Notes: generated from the letters alone by a model not told the origin. 64,000 nt of DNA from Gnetum montanum (GCA_015680685.1 MNCI01002538.1:523290-587289), one strand, 5' to 3'. Shown: positions 1-12,941, counted from the first letter of the stretch. Program-made: numbers and translations.

Positions 1-1163
1 TGGAATGCCTGTAAATGATGTTGAGGATCAACGTTGTATCCCCCTTCAAAACGTGGGATATTATTTATGTCCAAACGCTTGATCCTACTATCCTTTAAAT
101 GCCTTGTGGGAATCCTAACTGCCTCTCTAATATCGAGCATGCTTCGGGTTGCGAATAGGGGTTCATCATGATCATCTCTTTCATGACGCCTATGATATCT
201 ACGTGGTGGTTCCCTATTCTCCCTATGTCCTTGCCCTTGTCCTAACTCCTTTCGACCTTCCTGTTGAGGCATTTCATCTCTTTTGCCTTTACTCTCTGCG
301 TTATGCTCATGGTGGCTGTGCCCAGATGTGGAAGGAGAGTGTGAATGATGAGATGAAGGAGAAGAAGAAGGGGATCCATCACCATGGTGATGTTTCTTAC
401 CTTCTCTTCGGCTTCTTGGTCTCCGATCGTTGTCACGATCCAAATGTCTGTCATTAGTGTGAGTGATTGTTCCTACCGTGAATAGCTGGTGCTCACGGGA
501 ATCAGAGCCTGGAATATGTATCATTTATCTAAGGCCCCGATGCCTAACCTCTTCACTAGAGTGAGGAGGAGGAACATCATTTCTTAAGAAACCCATCGTG
601 AGGGGTTCCTCGTCTCCTATTTCACTAATGACGTGGGGAACCTTGCCCTTCAATAGTGAATTTTGGCTCTCCTACCTTGCATTCCAAATATGTTGGGCGT
701 TTGTGGGACGGTAATCCCTCATGCGAGATATTCCAGCAACGTATTCAGCGAATAAGTCCTGCATGCCAATCTGTGCCAATTCACGGAAAAGCATGCTGGG
801 AGCAGAGCGATCTGGGGGTAACACGATGTTACCTTGCATGTCTCTCCACCGCAGTTCCTCATCTTGATGGAAAACAAAGGTAAAATCTGGCACATACTCA
901 TTGGGATGAGCATATGTGAATTTAGACTGTTGAGGACATGGTTGATCTCGGTTATGCGTATGATCCTGACTTTCTCCTGTATTGTCCTTAGGTGAATTCA
1001 TTTCATGAGAAGAAGCCATTTCTAATGGTGTGCTATTTTACCGTTATTTATGTTCTTAATTAACTGATTAACCCTAAGGTTCGTTTTAACCTCACAACGA
1101 TGTGAGTGATATCCCTTATGTTTAATTGGCATGAAAACACTTAGTCCCCGGCAACGGTGCCAA
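1..1163 (-). mobile_element. Athila-like Ty3/gypsy element, 5' internal region (PBS + gag), running off the window start
   Basis: The minus-strand PBS TGGCACCGTTGCCGGGGA (1162-1145) is the tRNA-Asp type used by Athila and lies 1 nt from the LTR end. The frame from ATG 1019 continues through two stops to position 1 and ends in the gag-like motif RLDINNIPRFEGGYNVDPQHHLQAF. CpGs are retained, so the copy is relatively young. Confidence 0.8.
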
Positions 1164-2052
1164 TGATGAGTGGCGAGGTACCCCTACACTCAACCATACG
1201 AAACGAGCGTCGCACGCGCGATCCAATCAAACTCCGCAGATGGACTAGTTGAAACACCTAGATAGTTAGCCTTAGGTTGCAGTTCGTTGTCTTTCCATCT
1301 AGACTAGTTTTGCATATGTCACGTATGGCTTAGTCTAGATGAGGTGTATGATGTGTTCTAATTCTAACGCTACTCCTGATGGCAGTGGAAAATAATGTTA
1401 ACTAAGCTAAGCTAGGAGGGAAAGGGTAAGAAATCTAATCTAGCCTAAGTGCGACGAGCAACCGATTCCTTGATCAACTGTACACATCTTGGACCTCGTG
1501 CACGACTACCACTGGGACTACCAAGTGCAGGTCCCAAATACGCCAGTGGGATTACCAAGTAGTCACACTTAAATGCTCGTAACCAAGTCATACTCGTTCC
1601 GCTTCTAGGAGTTTAAGGGTGAGAGAGAGAAAACAGTAAATAACATTAAATAAATAATAGATAAATAAATAACAAAGTGAAGGTTGCAATGATGAAGTAA
1701 TCTCGATCTTTATTGCCGGTCATGTGTGTGTCCAAGTACGGCACACTCGAATAAAGACACCATACAATCACATTCACCACACTGCGGGCAGACACGGGAA
1801 AATAATCTAACTCTGGAGGGATCAAACTGCCAGAGCTTCGCTACAGAACTAAAATGGCATGTGAAATGAGGGAGAGCCGCCTCTTATTTATAGAAATTGC
1901 GGCTGACTGCGATATCGCATACGCAGCCCATGATACATCACATACGTGATATTGCGGCCCATGATACATCGTGACCCATGATACAACGTGGGTGCCTTAT
2001 TATGGGTGCCTTAATGCGGCCGCCAGCACTATGAGCAATTCATGTCTCATCA
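1164..2052 (-). repeat. LTR of Athila-like family (889 bp)
   Basis: It has terminal inverted repeats TGATGAG...CTCATCA, a PBS on one side and a PPT on the other. Homologous LTR sequence occurs at 47341, 48663 and, reversed, ending at 16299. Confidence 0.85.
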
Positions 2053-4846
2053 TACCCCCACGACTGAATGAAAACTCATCCTCGAGTTAAAGTGAGAACA
2101 AGCTACATTGATTACACAGTGGATAGGTATGGGATTATTAGATGGAAAAATGGGATGATGTCGCAGTGTGGGAAGAAAACAAAACAAAGACACAACACAT
2201 AGAATATTTACAAAAATTTGGAACTCATGTAGTTCCTGGTGGCGAGGACTCCTCCATAGGTGTCTTTCCCTTTTCTTGTGCTCCAGGTCTGGGATTTGAT
2301 AGCATTGAAGTACAGCCTGGAGTTTCTCCTCTTGTAAGGCCTTGAGTGCCTAGGCATGCATGTAAGTTTGCACTTGTACCATAGAGGTAGCCTAGTCAGC
2401 CTTCTCTTTTTCTTCCACCACCCTTTTATTCTCTGTCGACAATTCATTAGGTTGCTCGGTTTTGAAAGTGTTCAGCTGGTTCTGAGCAACCTTTCACCCT
2501 GTATTCGGAAGGTTTAATACTTCCAGAATGGCTTGAACAAAGAAATCAATAGTCACACCACAATTGTCAACTATGGTGCCTTCTTCTTTGTTGTGCCAAA
2601 ATTGGTACATTTCCCCTAAGTACCAGGCACTGCTTTCAGAGAGGGTATCTCCTACTTCTGCCTACCCAAACCGTACGGTAGGAGGATCTTCTTGATGAAA
2701 GTTGAGTGATTGTTCCTCCTGTCCTGCATGTTGTCTGGTAGGATCATGTCTTCCATCTCTCTGAGATCATTCAATCACACCTTTAGCAGGACCTTCTTGT
2801 TGTCCGCATTTCGGGACCATCTGCAATCACACGGGACCAATTGTTAGTAAGGTTGTTACCAAAGTTAGGTTATACCCTACTGCTTGCCTTAATAGATTTA
2901 CTTTATTTCTGTGTGATGTTAATTATTGAAAGAACATGTCCTTGAAAGATTATAATGTTGAGTCCTTTTTTCTTAGGTGGTTTCCAAATTTAATGTTCTG
3001 GTATACTAAGGGGATGAAATTATGTTTGACACATTCCACTCTTTATTTTATAACTAATTACCCTTAATAATATCCTTTGTGAAATGATGAATTTCAAAAA
3101 ATTTATGTGCTATTCGGCATGTGCCCCCTCCCCCACGACTAAGCTGAACACTCTAGGTTCAAGTAGGTTCAAACGGAATGAAAATCGGAGTACCAACAAG
3201 CGAGTTGTGGATATGAAAGAAAGGGACGTGCAATCGCAAGTCGTAGAGAATGTACCGAATTTTTAATATTTCTTTTGAAATTAATCGATGTAAACTAAGG
3301 ACATATGGACTAAAGGGTTCCAGGGTAATCAGCTAGTTCTGAAGGCATGAAAATTATGATGGTGTGTTATGTAGCAATAAGGACCGCGGGTGGTAGAGAA
3401 AAAGGCTATGTGATGATAATAAGGAAAATAAAATTATGAAAAATTAAGCTGAGGGTAAGAAATTGTGTGTTCTAGCTAGAGAATTAATGAAGATTACAAC
3501 AAAATTACACAAGTGGGTCCTCCCCAAAGCAGGTTTCCACCTATTATGCCCTTGTGTAATCACACTTAAAGTGTCTGTGGGCACTAGAAGGGTTAAATGT
3601 AATCTGCACTAACTCTACAAAACACACACATGTAAATATCACCGAAATGAGATGAAAATTCTATGCTAGATGGGACACGAGCGACAATTACATGAACAGT
3701 GAGATGAGACGAAGTATAGAAAGGGATCGTAGATATTGGGACATGAGGTAATTGACCCAAGGCGCAATGAATCCTGCGTGTAAAGCATGATCAAGGTGTC
3801 ATTAACCCGTCATTCCAAGATCAAGACCAAGTCCATCCTTCTAATCAATGACATCGCATTGCTTCATCCCATGGTGAAAAACTATAGGAGTATCATAACA
3901 ATAGGGCGTACGATCACTTGGCAATTAGTACAAGGGAGGAGTGATTTTTGTTTTATGGCACTTCTTTTTCTTTTCTTTTCTCTCTCTCTCTCTTTTTCAC
4001 TTTACTGAATCCAGAGAAATCGCTAACCGTCAGGCATGGGTGCATGTCTTTCCAGTGGGACCCCCTAGAACAGCGTTTGATTTTCAAGTGCCCTTTTGAT
4101 TACTCTTACTCCCATTTTCATTAGATCTACAAGGATCTTAGTACAACCATATTGCATGATAACNNNNNNNNNNNNNNNNNNNNNNNNNNNNNNNNNNNNN
4201 NNNNNNNNNNNNNNNNNNNNNNNNNNNNNNNNNNNNNNNNNNNNNNNNNNNNNNNNNNNNNNNNNNNNNNNNNNNNNNNNNNNNNNNNNNNNNNNNNNNN
4301 NNNNNNNNNNNNNNNNNNNNNNNNNNNNNNNNNNNNNNNNNNNNNNNNNNNNNNNNNNNNNNNNNNNNNNNNNNNNNNNNNNNNNNNNNNNNNNNNNNNN
4401 NNNNNNNNNNNNNNNNNNNNNNNNNNNNNNNNNNNNNNNATAAAAAGACAAAAACAAAAAGTTGAAAAATGAAAAACTGAAAAACAAAAAGTTAAAAAAT
4501 TAAAGAAAATGAAAAACATTTATTAATCCTACTTAATAGTAGAATGGGGGGTATCCCTCATAGCTAAACGGTTGAGGATGCCAAGGACTAATAAATGACG
4601 ACTGGAATCCTTTCTTTTTGAAAGTATTCTAGCTTGGTCATATTTACTCAATTGGGCTTCACACACTTGATTATAATAAGCATAGTGGGGCACTTTATAC
4701 AACGTAGTTCTTGGATAACAAGTTAACCCACTATGATATTTGGGACTGTTAGATTGTATCCAAGGATTAATAAATGAAGGTTGAGGATCCTTGCATGTTG
4801 GAAATATTGGAACTGGTCCATACTCACCCCATTGGGGTTCACACAC
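2053..4846 (-). mobile_element. 3' internal region of an Athila-like element (PPT, internal PPT-like motif, long non-coding tract)
   Basis: The minus strand reads CTCGAGGATGAGTTTTCATTCAGTCGTGGGGGTA|TGATGAG, the typical Athila 3' terminus. A second AGTCGTGGGGGAGGGGG motif lies at 3140-3124. The region is interrupted by the N-gap and ends at the single N at 4847. Confidence 0.65.
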
Positions 4847-6389
4847 NGCTTAAATAGAGGAGAGATTGGTTATTACCAACTTTGAATTGAAGCAAGCCAA
4901 AAAAGAGGAAGGCCCTAAATTATTCATACTTAGCTTAACCAAATTTCAAAGATGTAATTGTAAAGGTTAATTACAATAGAGAATGGATATGAAAAACTTA
5001 GGAAGAAATTAGGGGAATGAAGAGCAAACAAGCTATTTTTCTGGAGATGGAGAGAAGAGGCCAAAAGCTATATGATATAGCTAGAGCAAAAAGGAATGTA
5101 CTAACACAATACAAACAAGGCTTTCTAGATATAATGATGATGGTAGTTACTAGAATCATGAGTGAAACTACTAAAAAAAAGCTAGATTTGGAAAAAGCTT
5201 GTTCAAATGTGAGAGTTGCACTAACAAAATTAATCAACTTCATAATAGAATCAAATTTAGGAAGGTCACACACTGAAGATGTGCTTAAGGGGCTTAAGAG
5301 CTTAGAACTGAATATAATAAATTAGGTCATTAAAGTCCTTCTTAATGATGGAAAACTAACATAGTAGGCATCAATGAAAGGTTTCAATATTCAAAGTATA
5401 AGAAGGATTTGTTTAAAAGCTAAATAGTTATTTAACTATTTATATAAATATAAATAGAACATCAAGCAACTATAGTTTTAAAATTTTTATAATGGCTATA
5501 ACTTCTAGGGGCCATTATATAAAGCCTAGAGAAGATTTATGGAGAATCATCTTGGGAAGAGGAAAGGAGGAACATTTAACTATTGTACAATGATCTTTTA
5601 AAGTTCAATTTGATTCAGCTCATTTGCTTCTATTCAATGAGTCCTTTTTTTATTGTCTCTACTTTATCAAAGTTTCTTAGATAGCAATTGCATTATATTG
5701 TGATTTACAATTCATTTCTTGAAATTGATAAATTGCTTGTTTGAGCTAAGTATTTAGCAATATTTGGTATTTTTGATTGACTTGAATAACTTTATTTTTC
5801 AAAGTGTTTACTCATGTCAATAATAGCTCATATTAATGCTTAAGATTTTATGCAATTTTATTGTCATACTTTTGAAATCCATTGAATCTTGCTTTGTTTT
5901 CTAGTATTTATTGTAGAATTTTTCTCCAGGGAAATCTAGTAATAGATTTATCAATTTCACTTAAGCAATAGGTAAAAGATAAACTAGTATAAGTAGCAAA
6001 TGATCAAGATTATATAGACTAAGTAGCTCTAATATCTAGAAATTTCTTACTTGCCAAATAGTGTAAAAAGTGGCTAAATCTTCTTCATTAAAGGTACAAT
6101 TAACTATTAGAACAATCTAGACATAATATTGTGATATATAGAACTTATGTTAATCCAAAACACAGTTTATTTATAACGATTGAGTTCGTTTTGAGGTATC
6201 CAAGCCTTGGTGGTTCTAAAGACCAATAAACACCTAAACTTGAGTTTCAAAAGAACCCTCACCCTTATGATTTTTATCATGAGGACGAGATTAATGTTGG
6301 TGTTAAATAGAGCTTTCACCCACCACAAATTTCTTGTTGCTAGGAAACTAATAAGGGAACAATTGTAGTCCAAAGTAGTTACCAATAGC

Positions 6390-8100
6390 ATATTAAGAGA
6401 AAGACTACCAAGTTTATCCCAATGACTTTCAACCATATTGAAATCACCTCCAATAATCCAAAAACCTTGAAACAAAATAGAAGATATTTCCAAACCTCTT
6501 ATCTATCTTTTGAATTATTAGAAGCATAAATATTATAGAGTTGAAACTCTTCTTTTTCACTATGATAAGTAATCCAAAAAACTCTTTCAAGGTTGTTAAA
6601 ACTAGAATTTAAAACTTTTTTTAATGCAATTTTTATTAATAAGAATAGCAACCCCTTCTTTATTAACTTCATGACTGGCTAAAAAAACAATACAATTTTT
6701 TAAAATGAATTTACTAATGAAACTAATATCATGCACTAAAATTTAAATTTCTTGCAAGAAAATAAAATTTGAAGATACATGCCAACATGAAAGATACTCC
6801 TCGATAATCTTTTCTCATGACCTATTATAAAGGCCCTAAACATTTCATGGTAAAACTAACACAAAGATGTGGGGGGCAATGCATCCATCCTTAATTTTTT
6901 AAGCTTAGCATTTGTCTCACAATCCATGTTATTAATAAGTGAAAAAATATTGTTTGATAAAAAAAACATTTGAAACAATAGTAGAAGTAGAGAGAGGAGA
7001 TACCTTTGGGGATTTTAAATTGAAAGTAGTATCTATAGGCCTCTTCTTTATGTATTGCACTAAGTGAAATCTATCTACATTAGTATTTTCAATTTTGTTC
7101 TATACTAAAATTTTTTTCCTTAAAAATGAATCCTCTTTGGATATTAAGAGTTTACTTACACCTTTAGAATTAAAAGGATTAGTAAAAGGTTGAGAATTTG
7201 TTAAAAACAATTTCATATGTGTCTACTAAAAATTGCCATTATTTATCTTTTTTGAATATTGCTATTTATTTTTTTCATGAACAACCTTTTTATTCAAAAT
7301 AGAATAGATTTCAACAATGTGACTTTCACAATCACAATAGTTGTAACATCCTTGCAAATTATAGTATCTAATTTTCTTGAAAAAATATTGATTACTAACA
7401 TTGACTTTTAATTCTTTCTCTGCCTTAAATCAATCTCTATAAAATAACGTGCATGCTACACACCATCTAGTAATGTTTTTGACTCTATCTTTAAGATTGT
7501 GCTAAGGCTACCAACAATCTTGCTTTCAAAACATTGAAAAATAAGAGGAAGATTTTCTAATTCAATCTAGTAAATAATTTTTAAGTAATCAAAAGAATAG
7601 GGATCAAAATCCACTTTTCATTCCTAAGCAATAAAAGTATTAGATTGATCTATAAAAATGTTAAGATCCAATGATTTCTCAACTATTTCAAAATTGGCCA
7701 GTTTGACTAGGAAAAAGATTTTGGAAAAATAGTGAGAATGTAAAACATTAATTGCATAACATTCAAAGATAGTCTAAATCACTCGTATAAAACCTTTTAG
7801 AATTTTTCATCTTCACATTATTCATCTAAAGTGTTTTTGCTGCAATAACCCTATAAAAAATCCTTAAGCTTGACAAACCACGCAAAGAATTTGCTAGAAG
7901 TCCCAAACTAGAACTTTAAGATTTGGTTATGTTTCCCAACTATTGATAACATAAATTCTTTATGATTTATTGTAACAAGAAAACTCCCCTCACATCCTCT
8001 TTGGTCTTAAGACCAATTTACATTATTTAAAGTGACAAGTAAGTTCTGACTTGGCATTATGACCCCCACAAAATTATTTATTGTAGACCAAACAAGGTCC
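6390..8100 (-). mobile_element. Degenerate L1-type LINE, 5' part (ORF1 remnant + APE endonuclease start of ORF2)
   Basis: The minus strand has the WIIGGDFNMVE endonuclease motif (~6460-6430), a WNVxGL-like start motif near 6850 and a zinc-knuckle remnant CYNYCDCESH near 7350-7320. Stops are frequent. Confidence 0.7.
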
Positions 8101-9819
8101 TTTTGGCTCACCTATAGTTGGCCTCTAGGTCAAAATTGCCCTAAATAATTGATCCTAAGACTTGTGTAGGTATATATTTATGAAATATATTTAATATTTG
8201 GCCATGAAAATCTTTTTTTTTTCTTTTTTGAAATTAATAAAAACTTAGAAGTGATTTCCTTATAATTGATTTTTAGCATAAAACCAAATAATAATAATTT
8301 TTGTATCAAAGTTTATCTTTCTACCAACATTATGACAATAGTTATTTATTTTCCTTACAGCTGTGAAAAAGTTCATCTCTACGTCCAACTTTATGACTAA
8401 TTTATTCTGCATGACTCCAGCCTTCTCGATCAAAATAACTAGCATTTCAAGTTTTATCCTGCTGCAACACAGTTGATCTAATTTATCCTTAGAAATTTTT
8501 GTACCCATCTCGTAAAGAAAAGAACATCCCAAGTGGATCTGGCGTCAACAACCGTGAAACATTTTACCGACAAATCCATTGGTTTGACACCCTATTCTCA
8601 TCTTTCCTAATTGTTTTCCATTTTGGCAATACCAGTGCAGAGAAAAAATCCACAGCACACTGTTTTTCAAAAAACCATTATACTAAGATGGTAAATGGAC
8701 CCACGCTTTGAACACCTTCAATATTCATGGAAGCAATTCTCAAGCACTTTATATGTGTTTTCCATAGACCCATGACCTTTCACAAGCACATTAGGCCGTC
8801 GTTCCTTCGTTGAATTGACTGTTATGCATTTTTCAAAGCCCCTCATTAACGGTTTAGTTTTGTCTGCGGAAAGATTTCAGACATGATTTCAAATCATGAA
8901 TCATGTCTCCAGGCCATATTACATGGATGATTTTACGTAATTATTTTCATAAATGATTTTTTAAGGAGCACTTTTGAGATTAATTGCCGGTTGGATTTAG
9001 ATGACAATTCGGTTTGACTCCTGTTTCAAATCTTTCAGATTTTTTCTAATTTTTGCAGATTAATAGCATAAATCCAACCAAATTCTGATTAATATGTAAT
9101 TCAAATTAAATTTAAAATAAATAATATTTAAGTCATTAGAAAAAAAACAACAAAACAAAATGAACAACCTTAATAAAATCTGGTACCAAACTGAAAACAC
9201 CTGTCTTAAGAACTTGATAAAACATTCTAGAGTTGTTATGTTTGCCTTCTTTGCATCCCATCTATTTTTGGGGGGACTTGGTTGTTGAAATTACAAATTA
9301 TAGTTTTTTATTGTAATTGTATTGAAATTGCAAATTATAGTTTTTAATTATAACGGTATTGCAACTTGCATATTGATTTTAAGGCTTGTTAATAGATTAG
9401 AAGGTGAGACTTTTACTCCTCTCAAAGAATAAAAAAGAAAAAGATTTTAGTAGAAGTCATTTTCTCTCAATCAAAAACATTTAATGCTTAAAATTAAAAG
9501 CATTGCTATATTTTAATGTATTTTTAAAATGGGCCGAGCTTTTTGGTGACCCATGGGAGTTGCACAATTTTTCCAAAGCACTTTTGAAACGGTGTCGAGA
9601 ATTTTTCCCACTTTTTAATCATTGATTTTCCGACTTTTTAATCATTGATTTTCACGACCACGTTCAAGCGCTGCTTCTCTAGTTGAGCCAGGCCAGAAAA
9701 CAACGGGAATATCTTAAGTTCTCCCAATTCCATGTGAACACGGAATGAAATATAATAATTGCCACTTGCAATAAAAAAAAGTCCAATTTTTTTACAAAAT
9801 CGAAAGACACACGGAATGA

Positions 9820-10205
9820 GGTCAATGTGAAAAGACACAACAGTCTACGAACCGAGTATACAAGGAAATTGAAAAGTCAAGGTACTGTATATTATGATAG
9901 GTTAACGAAGGCTGAAAATTTCAACCTGCATGTGCTGTGTAATGATATATTGTCAACGAGAACGCGGAATTGTAGATCCTCGATTTCGGCTGGTCCTGTT
10001 TTAACGAGAAAGTCGGTACTGCCATTCATTTAAAGTTCCCAGTCAATTCTTGGAACTTTCAACCAAGCTTTGCATGGGCGACTGAAAATGTTTCCTCAGA
10101 CTTCCACCATTATTCCAATCCCGCAACTTGTTATATTAAACCACCTTCGTTTGGAAACGTATCCTACATTTAAGATTTACATTTCTAGCAAGCCACGAAA
10201 CGCAA
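9820..10205 (+). promoter_or_regulatory. CRK proximal promoter with W-boxes and a CGCG box
   Basis: W-box cores (TTGACY, either strand) occur at 9820-9825, 9875-9880 and 10041-10046, and further upstream at 8815 and 9014. ACGCGG, a CAMTA-type vCGCGb site, is at 9962-9967. These are motif matches only. Confidence 0.45.
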
Positions 10206-12941
10206 ATGGGGAGCACTAATAACGGTTACAGCTTATCTGTCTCTGTTTTCATCATCACAATCTTCGGCTGTTGCTGCTTGGGGGTCTGTTGCAGTTACGA
10301 AAACCCAGTTTGCAACAAAAACAATTACACAGAGGGCACTCAGTTAGCCGAAAACATAGACACTCTGCTGGATAATCTGCTGAAGGCATCATCACAAGCT
10401 GCAGCATTCAACATGTCGGTAGTTGGAGAGGGTAAAAATACAGTCTATGGTGTATTCCAATGCAGAGGAGATAAGACAGCAGCTGAGTGTTCCCACTGCT
10501 CCAGGAATGCCCTCAGAAACATTCAACAGGAGTGCAGCCACAGCGCAGGATCCGCAATTTGGTACGACTGGACCTGCTTTATGCGATTTGAGATGTACAA
10601 TTTCTCGCGCCGATGTGACCTTACTCCTTTGTCGGCTCAAGATGTTAAGAATATTAGTGTTTCAGATCCTGAGAGCTTTGACAAATCCAAGAAGCAGCTG
10701 CTCACCAATCTGTCTGTGGAAGCAACCTCCACTAAGGGAGGTATCCGGTATTATGCCTCAGGCTCCACTGCAGCGGGAATCCCTGAAATTTATGGAATGG
10801 TTCAGTGTTGGCAAGACATTTGCATGGATGATTGTAGGGTTTGCTTGGATCATGCTCTCCAATACCTTTTTAATTTTACAAGAGGCAAGCAAGGAGGCTA
10901 TTCTACCTTGAAAAGCTGCAATGTTGAATTTCAAACCTGGCCACTTTTTGCAGCCCCTGCAATTCACCCTCCTCCCCCTCATCATAACAGTAACCATCCT
11001 CCTCCTCATAAAACTGCTTCTCCGTCCTATCCTCTTCCAGGTAAAAGGAAATTGTAAAGTATTTATTGAACAGTTTTCAACGAATGTCATTGGTATATTT
11101 TCCAGGTTTTATCTTCCTGTAAGACTGTAAGTTGAAGTTTTTTTTTTCTTTTTATTTTCATTTAAACCTGTATACCGTTAGTTATTTAGCTGTGATGCAC
11201 GACCTGTCCGCTTTTAAGTTTTAAAATGCTTCATTTTATGTCAACATGCTATGTATTTCTGGGCTTTTCTTTTCTTTTATAAAATGGAGCGTCATGGTGT
11301 CCTGAAAAGCCGTGTTCGATTTTTGTTAACCTTTGTGTAGGTGGATCAACGAGTCATCACCACGACTTAGTAGTGATTTTGCAATCTACTTTAGACCCAG
11401 TTTTTGTGCTGCTTATTTTAGCGTGCTTTCTATGGGTTGCAAGAAGAAAAAGATCGACCAACCAGCCTCAACGCGGTGACTGAACATAGATCCTCGTTAA
11501 TCTTCTGAACTTTCCCCTTAAACAAGATTTGATCCTGAACGTTTTCTGTGTCAAACTGTCAATGCAGACGAATCGCCTACAAATGCAGGGGGTTCAGAGG
11601 ATATTCTCACGCGTGAGGTTGATCCCATTTATTTTAGTGCCGAAGTGATGAATAATGCTACCAAGGACTTTCATGAAGATCTTAAACTCGGGGAAGGCGG
11701 TTTTGGGAAAGTTTACAAGGTTTTCCAAGACATTCTTACTTAGACGTGTAATATTTAGGATTATATATTTAACCCTGACCTGATTTCTGTTGTTTCTTAC
11801 AGGGAACCCTCCCTAACGGAACCGACGTAGCAGTGAAAAAGTTTTCCTTACAATCTTTGCAAGGGAAAAATGAATTTACTAATGAAATCAAGCTGCTTGT
11901 GAACGTTCAACATAAAAACCTTGTCAATCTATTAGGTTGTTGTGTTGAGGGAAGCCAGAGAATCCTTGTTTACGAGTATCTCTCCAACGGTAGCCTTGAT
12001 AAAATCATCTTCGGTGAGTGTGTTTTAGTTTTACAACTCTCTAATGTTGATATGTAACTGGTGTAACATAAAGCTTTTTCCAACGATTTGATGTGTGTCA
12101 GATTTGAACAAGAAAGTGTGCCTTAACTGGCCCGAGCGTTTTAACATAATCCTTGGGATTGCTAAGGGGCTTTTGTACTTGCACGAAGATTCGAAACTAA
12201 AAATCATTCATCAAGATATTAAAGCAGCCAACATTCTGCTGGATGACAAATTCAACCCCAAGATTTCAGACTTTGGTTTAGCAAAGCTATCTACAGAAAC
12301 TGAAACTTCTTTTCACACGAGAGTCGCTGGAACCTAGTAAGCATATTAATGAATTATGTTTCATAGTTGTATATTTGATTATTTTCTATGTACAAGTGAA
12401 ATGAAAATTTTTCTTTTATTCAGTGGATACATGGCACCAGAATACGCAATGCATGGTCAGTTATCAAGAAAGGTAGATGTCTATAGTTTTGGTGTTCTTG
12501 TGATGGAAATTATCCAGGCAAGAAAGAATACGGATATTGACCAATGTGAAGGCGGCATCTTAGAAGTGGTAAAATCAAGAGTGACTGTTCCATGCATAAT
12601 TCAACTTCACTTTCCGTAATTTTTGACACGACTTGATTGTTCTTTGGATTTAGGCATGGAAATCATTTCAAGAAGGGCATGTTCTGAACGTAATCGATGA
12701 GAGCATAAGATCCACATGTGAATATGAACAAGTGAGCAGGTGTGTTCATTTGGGACTGTTATGCGTGCAATCAGATCCCTGTTTAAGGCCTCCCATGTCC
12801 GCCGTGGTGCTCATGCTCTCAAGTAACTTAATCGAATTACCAAATCCAACGTTGCCTGCATTTCTGTATTTGAATAACAACCTTGATGCAACAGAATCCA
12901 GTCAAGGGAATCAACCATCAATCCTGTCATTTCCTCGCTAG
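10206..12941 (+). CDS. Cysteine-rich receptor-like kinase (CRK family; signal peptide, 2x DUF26/Gnk2, Pro/His linker, TM, Ser/Thr kinase), 666 aa. Exons: 10206-11040, 11341-11475, 11568-11719, 11803-12013, 12102-12336, 12424-12568, 12654-12941
   Basis: Two C-X8-C-X2-C motifs are present ([28 protein letters not shown]). All six introns are GT-AG and splice to an open 2001-nt CDS with the usual CRK exon pattern, including the 211-nt exon. Kinase motifs are [40 protein letters not shown] and DVYSFG. The TM segment is followed by RRKR. Confidence 0.93.

Noticed and set aside
4065-4519. Four long ORFs in the ORF track
   Set aside because: They are artefacts of translating through the N-gap 4164-4439.
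4848-6390. Coiled-coil ORF 5017-5325 and LTR-like AT-rich tract
   Set aside because: It is probably LTR-element debris that interrupts the LINE, but I found no diagnostic motif or boundary, so it is not called.
10392-11130. Overlapping alternative-frame and antisense ORFs in CRK exon 1
   Set aside because: They are shadow ORFs of a GC-richer exon with no recognisable motifs.
12334-12340. Apparent premature stop (ACC TAG) in the CRK kinase
   Set aside because: The TAG spans the exon 5 donor (TA|GTAAGC). Splicing to 12424 gives TAT (Tyr) and an open frame.
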